Assembly (NCBI GenBank): GCA_963701295.1
Contig: OY969585.1
Coordinates: 3,232,001 to 3,296,000 of the forward strand
DNA: 64,000 nt
Direction: 5' to 3'
From: Ignavibacteriota bacterium
GTDB taxonomy: Bacteria; Bacteroidota; Ignavibacteria; UBA10030
Below, in pieces: positions 39,404 to 49,461 of the stretch (position 1 is the first letter of the stretch; each line of letters opens with the position of its first letter). Under the pieces are notes generated by a model. The model saw only the letters and a list, made by a program, of their open reading frames with translations, did not search any database and had not been told where the DNA came from. Both the position numbers and the translations under genes were made by a program.

Positions 39404-40231
39404 ATGGCAAACCGAGAGACGAAAGTTGTGGTCGCAGCACCGAACTTCGGATCGCCGTTACAAGTTGCAATTTCTGAACATCTCAAAAAGTGGCTTAAGC
39501 CGGAGGAGATTGCACGACGGTCTGTGACAGATGACTCTGACATGCAGAAGGAGCGCTTGAAGCAAGCACTTGTCCAAACAAATCCCACTGCCTTAATCGC
39601 TATTAGTGTGCGGCCGGATTCCGATACGATTGCTGCCTACTCCGCTGCCAATGTTCCCATCGTACTAATAGACGAGGAGACTGCCGGTGTGTCTACCATT
39701 ACCACGGACAACCGCTTGGGTGGACAAATAGCCGGTGAGTACATTATCGCGAAAGGTCGGAAGAAGATCGCCATCGTCTCTGGCAAGACTCAGGTGGAGG
39801 GTGGTTACAATGCGGAACAAAGGATCAAGGGGTTCCAACAGGCGCTCAGCGTTAGAAAGCTCTCCATATTGCCAGGATGCATGATCGAGGTGATCCACTA
39901 CTCTCGCGAGGACGGCATCTCTGTGATGCCGAAGTTGTTGCACGTTGGCGTGGATGCCATCTTTTGCGCGGCAGGCGATAATTGCGCACTAGGGTTGCTG
40001 ACTGTAGCCAGAGAGCAGGGAGTACGAATACCAGAGGATATCGCAATTGTGGGCTTCGATGACCTGCTTATAGCACAGCTATCAACCCCAAAACTTACTA
40101 CCATCAGACAACCTTTGATAGAAATGGCAGAGGCAGCGTACAAGATGGCTGTAATCCACAGAGATGAAATTCTTCGCAAACCTCAGAGGGTCGTATTCAA
40201 ACCTGAACTTATAGTTCGTCAATCAGCATGA
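39404..40231 (+). CDS. LacI-family ligand-binding-domain protein lacking the N-terminal HTH
   Basis: PIVLID, DNRLGG..A.EY, RIKGF, DAIFCA.D..ALG, IPEDIAIVGFDD, PKLTTIRQP, PELIVRQS; 275 aa; AAAGGAA RBS directly upstream. Confidence 0.85.
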   Translation: MANRETKVVVAAPNFGSPLQVAISEHLKKWLKPEEIARRSVTDDSDMQKERLKQALVQTNPTALIAISVRPDSDTIAAYSAANVPIVLIDEETAGVSTITTDNRLGGQIAGEYIIAKGRKKIAIVSGKTQVEGGYNAEQRIKGFQQALSVRKLSILPGCMIEVIHYSREDGISVMPKLLHVGVDAIFCAAGDNCALGLLTVAREQGVRIPEDIAIVGFDDLLIAQLSTPKLTTIRQPLIEMAEAAYKMAVIHRDEILRKPQRVVFKPELIVRQSA

Positions 40232-40423
40232 AATCTTGCACCCGAGGAGCAGCAGAGAAGTGTTCACGAATTGACCTATCTGAAGTGTACGTTCACTTGC
40301 GAGGTGGTATCGGGGCTATTGAAAATCCCGAGCGGGAATATTGCTTAGCGCATTGCATCAACTTACCTTCTGGACAGAAACAAGAGAGAATGATATTGGA
40401 ATTCTTAAGGGCACTCTAAAAAT

Positions 40424-40497
40424 ATCCCCTCCTCTCCCCTCCCCCGAGGGGGAGATTTACGCCAGAGGCAGATTTGCCTTTGGTGCAAAGAGGGGAT
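40424..40497. repeat. composite palindromic REP-like element between convergent genes
   Basis: Outer IR ATCCCCTC/GAGGGGAT; inner hairpins CTCCCCC-GA-GGGGGAG and GCCAGAGGCA-GATT-TGCCTTTGGT. Confidence 0.65.
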
Positions 40498-40601
40498 TAC
40501 AAAATACATTTTCAAAAATAGTTTATGTCATTACCTTTTGTTCTGTTTGAAACAATCTTCAACTAAAATCCGTAATACGTTCTTACATTTGATGAATGCA
40601 C

Positions 40602-41912
40602 TCATAATGCATACAGAACTTCTTTGATCTTTTGCAGAACATCTTCCTGTTTATATGGTTTTTGAATAAAGTCTTTGGCTCCGTCTTTTAGAAGTGCGGC
40701 TTTGATATCAGTAAAGATGCCGCTGGTAAAAATAACTTTCACATCTGGATTTATTTCCTTCAATTTCGCGAACACTTCCCTCCCATTAAGTCCAGGTAAT
40801 CCTATGTCTGTAAAAACAAGCGAGATTTTTTCTCGGTGCAGCCGGTACATTTCAACTGCTTCGATACCATCCTTTGCAGCAAGCACTGTATATCCTTTCG
40901 ATTCGAACATGATGCGCGCCAGGTCCAGAAGAGACTTCTCATCCTCCACGACAAGAATAGTTTCTGCACTACCGGCATTCTTCGACATTTTTATCTGCAA
41001 AGAATCATTACTTTTTTTGTTGCTGGCCATTACTGGAAAGTAAAGATAAAACGTACTTCCATGTCCAGGTTCACTTTCCAGATTGATGAATCCGTGATGC
41101 GCTTTTACAATGCCGTAAACAACCGAAAGCCCCAAACCTTTTCCTTTTTCTTTTGTAGTAAAGAATGGATCAAAGATCATATCTTTTGCCGTTTCTTCTA
41201 TCCCTGTACCTGTATCTGAGATACTGATACAGATATACCGATCATGGTCAACTGAAGGGAAGAGCACTTGAAGTTCTTGGCGTGTCGCGCTGTTCACTCG
41301 AATAGTTATAGTACCTCCCTCGGGCATAGCATCGCGGGCATTGATACAGAGATTCAATAACATCCGATGCATCTTGGTCTGGTCGGCGCTGATACAAGAA
41401 ATGTTTTGTTCTATCAATTTCTGAAATTTTATACTCTCTGGGAATGTTTGCTTGAGTTTAGAAAGAATATCGTTTATGAGATCAGGAACAGAGAGCGGTC
41501 TTAATGATACATCAGCCTTGCCAGTGAAGGCAAGAAGCTGGGTTACAAGTTCAGCGCCTCGTTCTACAGCATTGTTAATAGCCTTGAGGATATCAGCATG
41601 TTTCTCAGGACTTACCTTGTTCATCTCGAGGAGAGAAGAAGATGCCAGAATGATGCCGAAAATATTGTTAAAATCATGCGCAATATTGCCTGCAAATGTA
41701 CCTATGCTCTGCATCTTCAGTGTATGGAAAGATTGATTCTGGACTTTATTATGCTTTGCGTGATCCTGAAACACTTCAAACATTGCTTTTTTGTTTTGAT
41801 ACTGAACGCCTAAGTGATTCATTTGAAATACGTGACCCCCCAGAGCTTCTACTGTTTCATTCATATTCACCTTCTTTAATTCGTTTTCTTTCATCAAAAT
41901 CTCATCCTTCAA
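40602..41912 (-). CDS. soluble hybrid histidine kinase (HisKA-HATPase-REC) without a recognisable sensor domain
   Basis: AGNIAHDFNN at about residue 75; NLCINARDAM; FFTTK; REC with FTDIGLP and KPY. Confidence 0.9.
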   Translation of the reverse strand: MKDEILMKENELKKVNMNETVEALGGHVFQMNHLGVQYQNKKAMFEVFQDHAKHNKVQNQSFHTLKMQSIGTFAGNIAHDFNNIFGIILASSSLLEMNKVSPEKHADILKAINNAVERGAELVTQLLAFTGKADVSLRPLSVPDLINDILSKLKQTFPESIKFQKLIEQNISCISADQTKMHRMLLNLCINARDAMPEGGTITIRVNSATRQELQVLFPSVDHDRYICISISDTGTGIEETAKDMIFDPFFTTKEKGKGLGLSVVYGIVKAHHGFINLESEPGHGSTFYLYFPVMASNKKSNDSLQIKMSKNAGSAETILVVEDEKSLLDLARIMFESKGYTVLAAKDGIEAVEMYRLHREKISLVFTDIGLPGLNGREVFAKLKEINPDVKVIFTSGIFTDIKAALLKDGAKDFIQKPYKQEDVLQKIKEVLYAL

Positions 41913-42242
41913 CCGTTTAAGATATGGTTTACACTTTTATGTGGTTTTTAATGTTTTTCAAAAGCCCCTCTGATGCCGCACATGGAACTGTATACTTGCT
42001 TCTTCTTCCATCCGCAAATTCAGAGAATAGGCTCTCTTGAACAAATGCCATTCGTTCGTTCGAAGAGAGATGCCTACTATCAAGTTTTCAGCACACGTGC
42101 ATGAGCTTTTATACTCTTCTAAAAGAAATTATTTATTGTTATTGCAGAGGAGGACTATTGAAACTTCGAAATTAAACTAATACGAATCAATACCGAGAAC
42201 CCAGTATTTAAGCAAGGATGTAATTGTGAGGGGAAAATCGAT

Positions 42243-42917
42243 TTAGACCAACCGTTCTTTAATCGCTTTGGCAACCATCGCATGCCGATTGGATACATTG
42301 AGCTTATGAAAAATATTCTTGATATGCGTTTCCACCGTGTTATAAGTTATTGAAAGTTGTTGAGCAACCTCCGCACTGTTTAATCCCTGGGTAACCCAAC
42401 GGACGACTTCCCGTTCCCGAGCCGAGAGATTATACGATTCACTCTCAGGTTTTCCGGCGATGTAAGCATCCGTCATCCTTTGTGTAATCATTGGATCGAG
42501 AGGCGTTCCCCCTTTTTGCACTGTTTCAATTGCCCGGATAATGTCCAGAGGTTGGGAAGACTTGAGGAGATACCCCGCCGCACCCCTCTTGAGCGAGGTT
42601 CGTATGTCCATATCGAAATCGTACGACGTTAGCATAATGATATCTGTGGAGGGAGCAATCCGTTTGAGGAGAGCGATTGCATCCACACCTTTCATTCCGG
42701 GCATTTTGATGTCAAGCAAAATAACTTGTGGCGGATGGTTCTTGGTTTCAAGATATTCGATGGCCGACCGGCTGGAATGAAAATACTTTTCACAGATGAT
42801 CGTATTGCTGCGGTTCAATGCTTCCGACAATACGACACAGAAACTTTTATTGTCATCAACAATCAAAACGGAAATACGCTTTCTTCTTGCTTGTACGTTT
42901 TCTTGTAAGCTCATCAT
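42243..42917 (-). CDS. NarL/LuxR family response regulator
   Basis: IVDD, LLDIKMPG, GYLLK; LSAREREV...TVETHIKNIFHKL. Confidence 0.95.
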   Translation of the reverse strand: MMSLQENVQARRKRISVLIVDDNKSFCVVLSEALNRSNTIICEKYFHSSRSAIEYLETKNHPPQVILLDIKMPGMKGVDAIALLKRIAPSTDIIMLTSYDFDMDIRTSLKRGAAGYLLKSSQPLDIIRAIETVQKGGTPLDPMITQRMTDAYIAGKPESESYNLSAREREVVRWVTQGLNSAEVAQQLSITYNTVETHIKNIFHKLNVSNRHAMVAKAIKERLV

Positions 42918-42964
42918 ATGGTCTTTGTAAAGTATGTTTCTATCTCCAATAAGTCTGTAGTAAG

Positions 42965-45900
42965 TTAAGATTCAAGAGCCGGGAGATAGATTTTAAATTC
43001 CGTTCCTTGATCTACAACACTATGAACAGTAATGAAACCGGAATGACTTTTAATAATACCAAGCGCAATGGAAAGACCAAGACCGGTGCCGTTACCATTT
43101 GTCTTTGTCGTAAAAAATGGCTCAAATATTCTTTCGATATAGTCTTCAGAAATGCCAAAACCATTATCACGAATATTCACTAGTTGATATTTTCCTATCT
43201 GAGCTTCCGGATATCGATCGAGGGAATTCTCGTCGATATTAATTTTATCGATCCCAATGGTTATAATTCCACCATTTGGTATGGCATCACGTGCGTTGAC
43301 GACAATATTCAGAAATACTTGTTTTAATTGATTTGCATCACCGAGTACAATATAGTTCCTGCCTTTAGTCAGTTTCTCTATACTGATCGTGTCAGGAAGT
43401 GATTGTCGTACAATCGTAAGGATCGATTCGAGCAAATCTGATAGTTCAACTTTTACTCTTTCACCAGGAATCCCGTGTCCATAGGTAATGATATTTCTGA
43501 TAAGATCGAGACCACTCCGGGCACTTTCTTCAACGGCACCAAGAACTTTCAAGCTTGGACCATCGGTCAGTTTTTCCCGCAGGAGACCAATAGACATTGA
43601 GACGGGAGCAAGAACATTTTGGAGATCGTGGGCAATTCCACCTGTTAACAAAGCGATACTCTCCATTCTTTGCGCACGAAGTAACTGTATCTCCTGACGT
43701 TTCTTCTCCGTGATATCCGTGTTGACAATCAAGATTATCTTCTTGTTGGTTGATACACTCTCCACCTTCTTCCACATGCTTTGGATAAGCAGTTCCTTTC
43801 CCTCTTTGTTCACATGATACTGTTCTCCACTCCACTCGTTGAATTGAAGCATATCTTCCATTGCTAATTCATAATCCTTTGAATGTGCAGCATCAAAGAT
43901 GAGATCTCGAATAAAAGAACCGACAGCCTGTTTTCTCCCCCAACCATAAATGAGTTCTGCTCCATTGTTCCAGAATGTGATCCGTCCTTCAAAATCCATA
44001 ACCATAATGGCATCTTGCGCCTCATCCAAAAGCATTGCTTGTTCTAAAATTTTTTCTTGCGATACTTTCCGCTCAGTAATATCGACGACCACTCCATGGG
44101 CGAAGTGCTCTTCACCGATCATTTTTGCTGAGAAGAGAATCCATAATTCTATTCCATCGAGCCGGGTTGTTCTGATTTCATATTCCTGTATGAGATCGCT
44201 GCTCAGAAGTGAATGCTGAATATCTTGAATGCTTCGTGGTGGCAATGCCGAGAAACAACGCGCCAATTCCAGTTCGGATGCACATCTGAATATTTGTTTC
44301 ATCGCTTTATTTGAATCAAGAACATCCCATGTTTCTAACGAAAACTTCACTATTCCTGCAAGTGAGTTTTCGAATAAACTGCGGAACTTCCTTTCGCTTT
44401 TGGCAAGTTTTTCTAACTCACGCTGTTTGGCGACCATTTCTCGCCACTTGTAGATCCAGAAAGCACAACCAGCAATTATGGCTAACAGGATCATTCTAAA
44501 CCAGATAGTTTGCCAAAACGGGGGCGTGATGGTAACACGTATCGAAGTCCCCTCTTCATTCCAGACACCATCGCTATTTGATCCCTTCACCCGAAAAACG
44601 TACTCCCCGCTGCTCAGATTCGTGTACGTCGCAATCCGCCTGTCCGCATCCGTATGATTCCACTCCTCGTCAAATCCTTCCATCATATAAGCATATTGGT
44701 TGTTGTCGGGAGAGGCAAAATGAAGAGAAGCAAACTCAAAGAGAAAGACATTTTCTTTGTATGATAATTTTATTTCTTTGGTTTCTGTGATTGTTTTTTC
44801 TAATATCAAATGTCCGTCGATTCTGTTTCCTACAAGAACGGATTTATTGAATATCTGAAAATCTGTGATCACAATGGGAGGTATATATGGATTGCTTTTA
44901 ATACTGTCAGGATAAAAAACGTTAAATCCATTTATCCCACCAAAGTACAGCTTACCGCTTTGACTTTTGAAACAAGCATTCACACTGAATTCATTATTTT
45001 GAAGTCCGTTGCTTACTGTGAAGTTCCTCGTTCTTTTTGTACTGGGAGTAAATCTTGAGAGTCCATTTTGAGTTCCAAGCCATAGATTGCCATCATCATC
45101 TTCTAACATCGATTGAATTGTATTGCTTGGAAGTCCATCGGTTTTTCGGTAATGAGAAAAAAGCTTGTGAGCCCGATCAAATTTATTAAGGCCATCGGTA
45201 GTCCCTATCCAGAGCACTCCCGATCTATCTTCATGAAGACATAATATTTTATTGCTGGTTAAACTGTTTGGATCATTGGGATCAACTTTGTAATGGATAA
45301 ACTGATTTTTTTCTCTGTCAAATTGATTGAGGCCGCCGTTTGCCGTTCCAATCCATAACGTGCCATTTTTATCCTCACAAATCGACCAGATAAAATTATC
45401 ACTAATGCTATTCGGATTTTCAGGATCCGCTACGTAACGCGTAAATCCATTTTTCTTACGATCAAACAGATTGAGACCTCCCCCGTATGTTCCAATCCAG
45501 ATAAATCCAAACCTATCTTCGCATATAGAAAAAACAGTACTATTGCTCAAACTATTTGGATTATTGAGATCGGTGGTGTAACAAATAAACTTTCCTTTTT
45601 TTCGATCGAATTGACTGAGTCCGGTATTCGTTCCAATCCATAGCGTACCCGTTCGATCTTCAAGAAGAGCCCTGACGTGATTATCATTGATACTATTAGA
45701 ATTCTTTGGATCAGACTGAAAATGCGTGAAGAGATTTTTCCGACTATTATATTTATTCAGCCCTCCTCCCTCTGTAGCAATCCAAAGTATCTTTTCTCCT
45801 CCATCGTTGGTTTCATAAATTGAGGAGACAAGGTTGCTACTTAAGCTGTTGGAATTATTTGGTTTCTTTCTAAAATGCTCGAACTTTGTTGTTCCCCTAT

Positions 45901-46933
45901 CAAATTTATTGATGCCGCCATAATCGTTACCGACCCACAGTATACCTGACCGGTCCTCATAAATGCATAAAATTGTATTGTTGCTCAAACTAAAAGGGTC
46001 ATTGGGACTGTTTTTGTAACGGATAAACCGACCCGTTTTTCGATCAAATCGATTTAAGCCATCCTCCGTCCCTACCCAGAGAGAACCTGATCGGTCCTCG
46101 AAAATTGCTCGAACTCTATCGTCACTCAAACTAAACGGGCCATCGGACCTGTTTCTGAAATGAACAAACTGCTCTTTTTCTTTATCAAATCGATCAAGGC
46201 CGCCTCCAAAAATTCCAATCCAGAGAACCCCATACTGATCTTCATAAATTCTATACGTACCGTTTCCAATCAGACTATGTGGATTACCAGGATCGTGCTC
46301 GTAATGAATAAAACGATTTTTCTGACGATCAAATTTATTTAATCCGCCATTCGTTGCAACCCAAAGAGTCCCCGATCTATCGATATAAACGCAAGTAACC
46401 AAATTATTACTGATGCAATAAGAATCTTTGGGATTATATTGGTATCGAGTGAATTGCTTTTTCTCACGATCAAATCGATTGAGCCCCCCTGTAAATGTTC
46501 CTATCCAGAGTATACCTGATGTGTCTTCACATATCCATTGGACCATATTGGAGCTCAGACTGTTAGGATCATTCGGATCATATTGATAGTGAACAAACCT
46601 TTCTTTTTCCCGATCAAATTGATTCAATCCGCCGTCTGTGCCTATCCATAGAATTCCACTTCGATCTTCATAAATAAATCGAACTGTATTATTACTTAAG
46701 CTATAGGGATCACCGATTTCAGATTTGTAAACTTTAACTTTGTACCCATCAAACCTGTGCAGCCCATCATACGTACCAAACCACATAAATCCTTTACTAT
46801 CTTGCGATATACAAAGCACCGATTTCTGTGAAAGGCCCTCGTACCAATGTTCAAATTTGATATCATCCTTTTCGGAATAAAGATTGGCTGATAGTATGAC
46901 GATAATCATTAATAATTGAATGAATATTTTCAT
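42965..46933 (-). CDS. sensor histidine kinase: Reg_prop beta-propellers + Y_Y_Y + TM + 2 PAS + HisKA/HATPase
   Basis: Many repeats of SLS.N.V..I.ED.SG.LWIGT.GGLN.FD; YTNLSSGEYVFRVKG (Y_Y_Y); PPFWQT TM; GGIAHDLQN; AGGAG RBS before ATG 46933. Confidence 0.93.
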   Translation of the reverse strand: MKIFIQLLMIIVILSANLYSEKDDIKFEHWYEGLSQKSVLCISQDSKGFMWFGTYDGLHRFDGYKVKVYKSEIGDPYSLSNNTVRFIYEDRSGILWIGTDGGLNQFDREKERFVHYQYDPNDPNSLSSNMVQWICEDTSGILWIGTFTGGLNRFDREKKQFTRYQYNPKDSYCISNNLVTCVYIDRSGTLWVATNGGLNKFDRQKNRFIHYEHDPGNPHSLIGNGTYRIYEDQYGVLWIGIFGGGLDRFDKEKEQFVHFRNRSDGPFSLSDDRVRAIFEDRSGSLWVGTEDGLNRFDRKTGRFIRYKNSPNDPFSLSNNTILCIYEDRSGILWVGNDYGGINKFDRGTTKFEHFRKKPNNSNSLSSNLVSSIYETNDGGEKILWIATEGGGLNKYNSRKNLFTHFQSDPKNSNSINDNHVRALLEDRTGTLWIGTNTGLSQFDRKKGKFICYTTDLNNPNSLSNSTVFSICEDRFGFIWIGTYGGGLNLFDRKKNGFTRYVADPENPNSISDNFIWSICEDKNGTLWIGTANGGLNQFDREKNQFIHYKVDPNDPNSLTSNKILCLHEDRSGVLWIGTTDGLNKFDRAHKLFSHYRKTDGLPSNTIQSMLEDDDGNLWLGTQNGLSRFTPSTKRTRNFTVSNGLQNNEFSVNACFKSQSGKLYFGGINGFNVFYPDSIKSNPYIPPIVITDFQIFNKSVLVGNRIDGHLILEKTITETKEIKLSYKENVFLFEFASLHFASPDNNQYAYMMEGFDEEWNHTDADRRIATYTNLSSGEYVFRVKGSNSDGVWNEEGTSIRVTITPPFWQTIWFRMILLAIIAGCAFWIYKWREMVAKQRELEKLAKSERKFRSLFENSLAGIVKFSLETWDVLDSNKAMKQIFRCASELELARCFSALPPRSIQDIQHSLLSSDLIQEYEIRTTRLDGIELWILFSAKMIGEEHFAHGVVVDITERKVSQEKILEQAMLLDEAQDAIMVMDFEGRITFWNNGAELIYGWGRKQAVGSFIRDLIFDAAHSKDYELAMEDMLQFNEWSGEQYHVNKEGKELLIQSMWKKVESVSTNKKIILIVNTDITEKKRQEIQLLRAQRMESIALLTGGIAHDLQNVLAPVSMSIGLLREKLTDGPSLKVLGAVEESARSGLDLIRNIITYGHGIPGERVKVELSDLLESILTIVRQSLPDTISIEKLTKGRNYIVLGDANQLKQVFLNIVVNARDAIPNGGIITIGIDKINIDENSLDRYPEAQIGKYQLVNIRDNGFGISEDYIERIFEPFFTTKTNGNGTGLGLSIALGIIKSHSGFITVHSVVDQGTEFKIYLPALES

Positions 46934-47309
46934 TCTTTCACTCCTGATTTTGAGTGCTGTTTTGATCATAAGGATCAGTGTACAAAACCTAGAAACACAG
47001 CACTATCCATAAGACTACTCTAAGAGACTCTATCTTGGCATGATATAAAGTCCAAACCAATGTCTACAGAAAATCGCACCTATGCTGAAGCGCTTCTTCT
47101 ATGCACCTAGGATAAATGCATCGCTGAAACCGGATTGATACACAAGAAAAGGATATCAACTTTTGCATAACTATAGTGCGCAAACCCAATTCTGTTTGTT
47201 TCTTCTTTACCGAGAGAAAATGCTTCTCGATATAAAAGCCGATTACAATGACGCACAGAATATTATTGGTATACTAATAATTTGTTGATTAAAGGTACTT
47301 TATATCCTT

Positions 47310-47678
47310 GGCGAATACAAGTGTGAGATGCAACAGGTGAATGATTTTGTGAATTAGTAAAATATTCTCATGGTGATCCAAAATCTAAAGCGTTTCTTGG
47401 TAGAGTGTTAAGACGCCATTAAATAAAGACAACATCATCATTCAAGGTTGTTGCAAGGTCAGTTGACTTTGGAAAACATTTTCTGATCAGTCCATTTACG
47501 TTTTCATTGAGTCCATGCTTTCAGCTCCCATACGGATGTCAAAGAAAAGACCAAGTGTCACGAAGGGTAAAATGCTCCATCTGGTGACTCCATATTTGTG
47601 ACAATTTGGGGTAAGAGATAAGTGCTTTATCCTGTTTTATGTCCATTAAAACGTTGCATCTCCTTATTGAACTTAAGC
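47310..47678 (-). mobile_element. internally deleted, decayed IS30-family element (about 370 bp, both ends retained)
   Basis: The minus strand reads MEHFTLRDTWSFL*HPYGS*KHGLNENVNGLIRKCFPKSTDL...RLNTLPRNALDFGSP*, matching the IS30 C-terminus (HPYxSWERGxNENxNGLIRxxFPK, LNxRPR..L.F.TP). Imperfect terminal IRs share CAA....GAGATGCAAC (47310-47334; 47653-47678). Confidence 0.82.
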
Positions 47679-47719
47679 ATCATAAAATATCATACCGAAG
47701 ACCTGGTATTCATGTACAT

Positions 47720-47750
47720 AAAAAAGGGTTGAGCTTCCGCCCAACCCTTT
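47720..47750 (-). terminator. intrinsic terminator after sod
   Basis: Minus strand AAAGGGTTGGGC-GGAA-GCTCAACCCTTTTTT. Confidence 0.8.
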
Positions 47751-47780
47751 GCCATCTACCTTTTACCCTTTACATTCTCC

Positions 47781-48413
47781 TCACCTTCCAGCAACAAACT
47801 TCTTATACCGATCATTGATCCTTCCCCAATGCAAATTTGCAAGAAAGTTGTCGATGTACTTCGCACGGGCAGGCCCATCTTTATGATAATATGCATGCTC
47901 AAACACATCAAGTGCAATCAACGGCACACCGCCCCAGATTGCTCCGTATTGATGTTCGTCTACCGTTACGTTCAGTAATCTCCCTGAATAAAGCCGATCA
48001 AACACAAGCAATCCCCAGCCGCTTAACTTTGCCGATACCGCAGATGCTTTGAAATCTGCTTTCCATATATCGAATGAACCGAATTCTTTTTCAATAGCCG
48101 CTTTGATTTCTGGCCCTTTGCCCGGATCGCCATCGCCGCCAAGCACTTCCCAGTATAAATCATGTAGAAGTGCACCGGAGTGGTTCCATGTAAAACGGCG
48201 CTTCAACTCACCGATCTGACTAAAGTTGCCATTTGCCATTGTACGGTCGGCGGTCTCGAGAGCTTTTTCGATAGTATTTAGCGCAGTCACATATCCTTTA
48301 TGATGTGTATTATAATGCCAATCTGTCGTCTCAGGGCTAACAACATTTGCCAGCAGCTTTTTCGCTTCATCGTCCGAATAAGGACGGGTTTTAAACTTCC
48401 ATTCGTATGCCAT
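47781..48413 (-). CDS. sod: Fe/Mn superoxide dismutase
   Basis: HYNTHHKGYV, LHDLYW, SGWG, DVFEHAYY. Confidence 0.95.
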   Translation of the reverse strand: MAYEWKFKTRPYSDDEAKKLLANVVSPETTDWHYNTHHKGYVTALNTIEKALETADRTMANGNFSQIGELKRRFTWNHSGALLHDLYWEVLGGDGDPGKGPEIKAAIEKEFGSFDIWKADFKASAVSAKLSGWGLLVFDRLYSGRLLNVTVDEHQYGAIWGGVPLIALDVFEHAYYHKDGPARAKYIDNFLANLHWGRINDRYKKFVAGR

Positions 48414-48627
48414 ACTCTATTCCTCTTTCTCTAAATGTCTTATCAGTTCAGTTTCAATTCAAAGTATAGAACCATAGAAACATTAAAAGAGTTCCAGTTA
48501 AAATTTAAGATGTAAACAAAAACCGAACAAGCCCCCAACATTCAATTCTTGACTTCTTAAAATTTATTTGTCGATTGTATTTTTGAGATTTAGAATTTCT
48601 TTATAGCGCTTTTAATAATCTGCTGAA

Positions 48628-49023
48628 TCATCCCATATTCAATGTCAGCTTTGCTGCCTCTGACATCATTTCCGGATTCCAAATAGGATCAAAGACAAGC
48701 TCGACAAGCACATTGGTCACACCAGGAATTTGCTGCACGCGTCGCTTCACATCGGCCGCTATCATCGGTCCCATTCCGCAGCCGGGAGCGGTGAGTGTCA
48801 TTTGAATATAAATATTTGCTTCGCCAAGAGTTTCTTCTTCCACTTTTACTTCGTACACAAGTCCAAGGTCGACAATGTTCACCGGAATTTCGGGATCGTA
48901 GCATTCCTTCAATGTTTGCCATATACGTTCACTAGTGACAATACGCATCGGCGCCATTATCACTGTGTCCTTCATTCCATCCATGGTTATGGGCGATTCG
49001 TTTTTTTCATTCGCAATCATCAC
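48628..49023 (-). CDS. sufT: DUF59/SufT Fe-S assembly protein
   Basis: YDPEIPVNIVDLGLVY, MTLTAPGCGMG, LVFDP.W..EMMSEAAKL.L. Confidence 0.9.
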   Translation of the reverse strand: MMIANEKNESPITMDGMKDTVIMAPMRIVTSERIWQTLKECYDPEIPVNIVDLGLVYEVKVEEETLGEANIYIQMTLTAPGCGMGPMIAADVKRRVQQIPGVTNVLVELVFDPIWNPEMMSEAAKLTLNMG

Positions 49024-49029
49024 AACACC

Positions 49030-49432
49030 TTATTCATGATCACCGCAACTGCCGTCGCCGCATTCGCCATCACCGCATCCACATGACGGTGCCTTATTGG
49101 GATTATTGAATTTAAATCCTTTTCCCTGCGGACTATTAACATATTCCATTGTAGTCCCGGAAAGGCCTTCCAGACTTTCCTCAGTAATATATATTAAAAC
49201 ACCTTCGCTTTGAAAGACCTTATCTGTTGCTTCTATTTTTTCGTCAAATGCAAGCAAGTACCGAAGATCCGCAGCAACCGCCGCTTTGAATTCCTATCCG
49301 TAATCCATGCGTTTCAGGCACTTGATTTTCTCGACGGATGAGCCGAATTTGTTCTGCCGCTTCCGGGGTAAGTGTAATCTCCTGTGTGGTACCCTGTTCT
49401 TCTTGTGTTTCCTGCGCATCCATAACCGTCAT
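49030..49432 (-). pseudogene. A-type Fe-S carrier (IscA/SufA/HesB), split by an apparent +1 frameshift near 49261
   Basis: The N-part ITLTPEAAEQI...LRIGIQSGGCCGSS and the C-part YLLAFDE...FKFNNPN...SCGCG are in different frames; removing one G (TCG G TAC) fuses them. Confidence 0.85.
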
Positions 49433-49461
49433 CCTTTTGTTTGTGTCTTCTTGAATAACAT

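Noticed and set aside
40228-40419. 63-aa ORF overlapping the LacI-like stop (ATGA)
   Set aside because: No recognisable motif, and it runs into the palindromic repeat; cannot be supported
45050-46850. Periodic ~150-bp repeats resembling an array
   Set aside because: These are degenerate protein-coding beta-propeller blades of the sensor kinase, not CRISPR or DGR repeats
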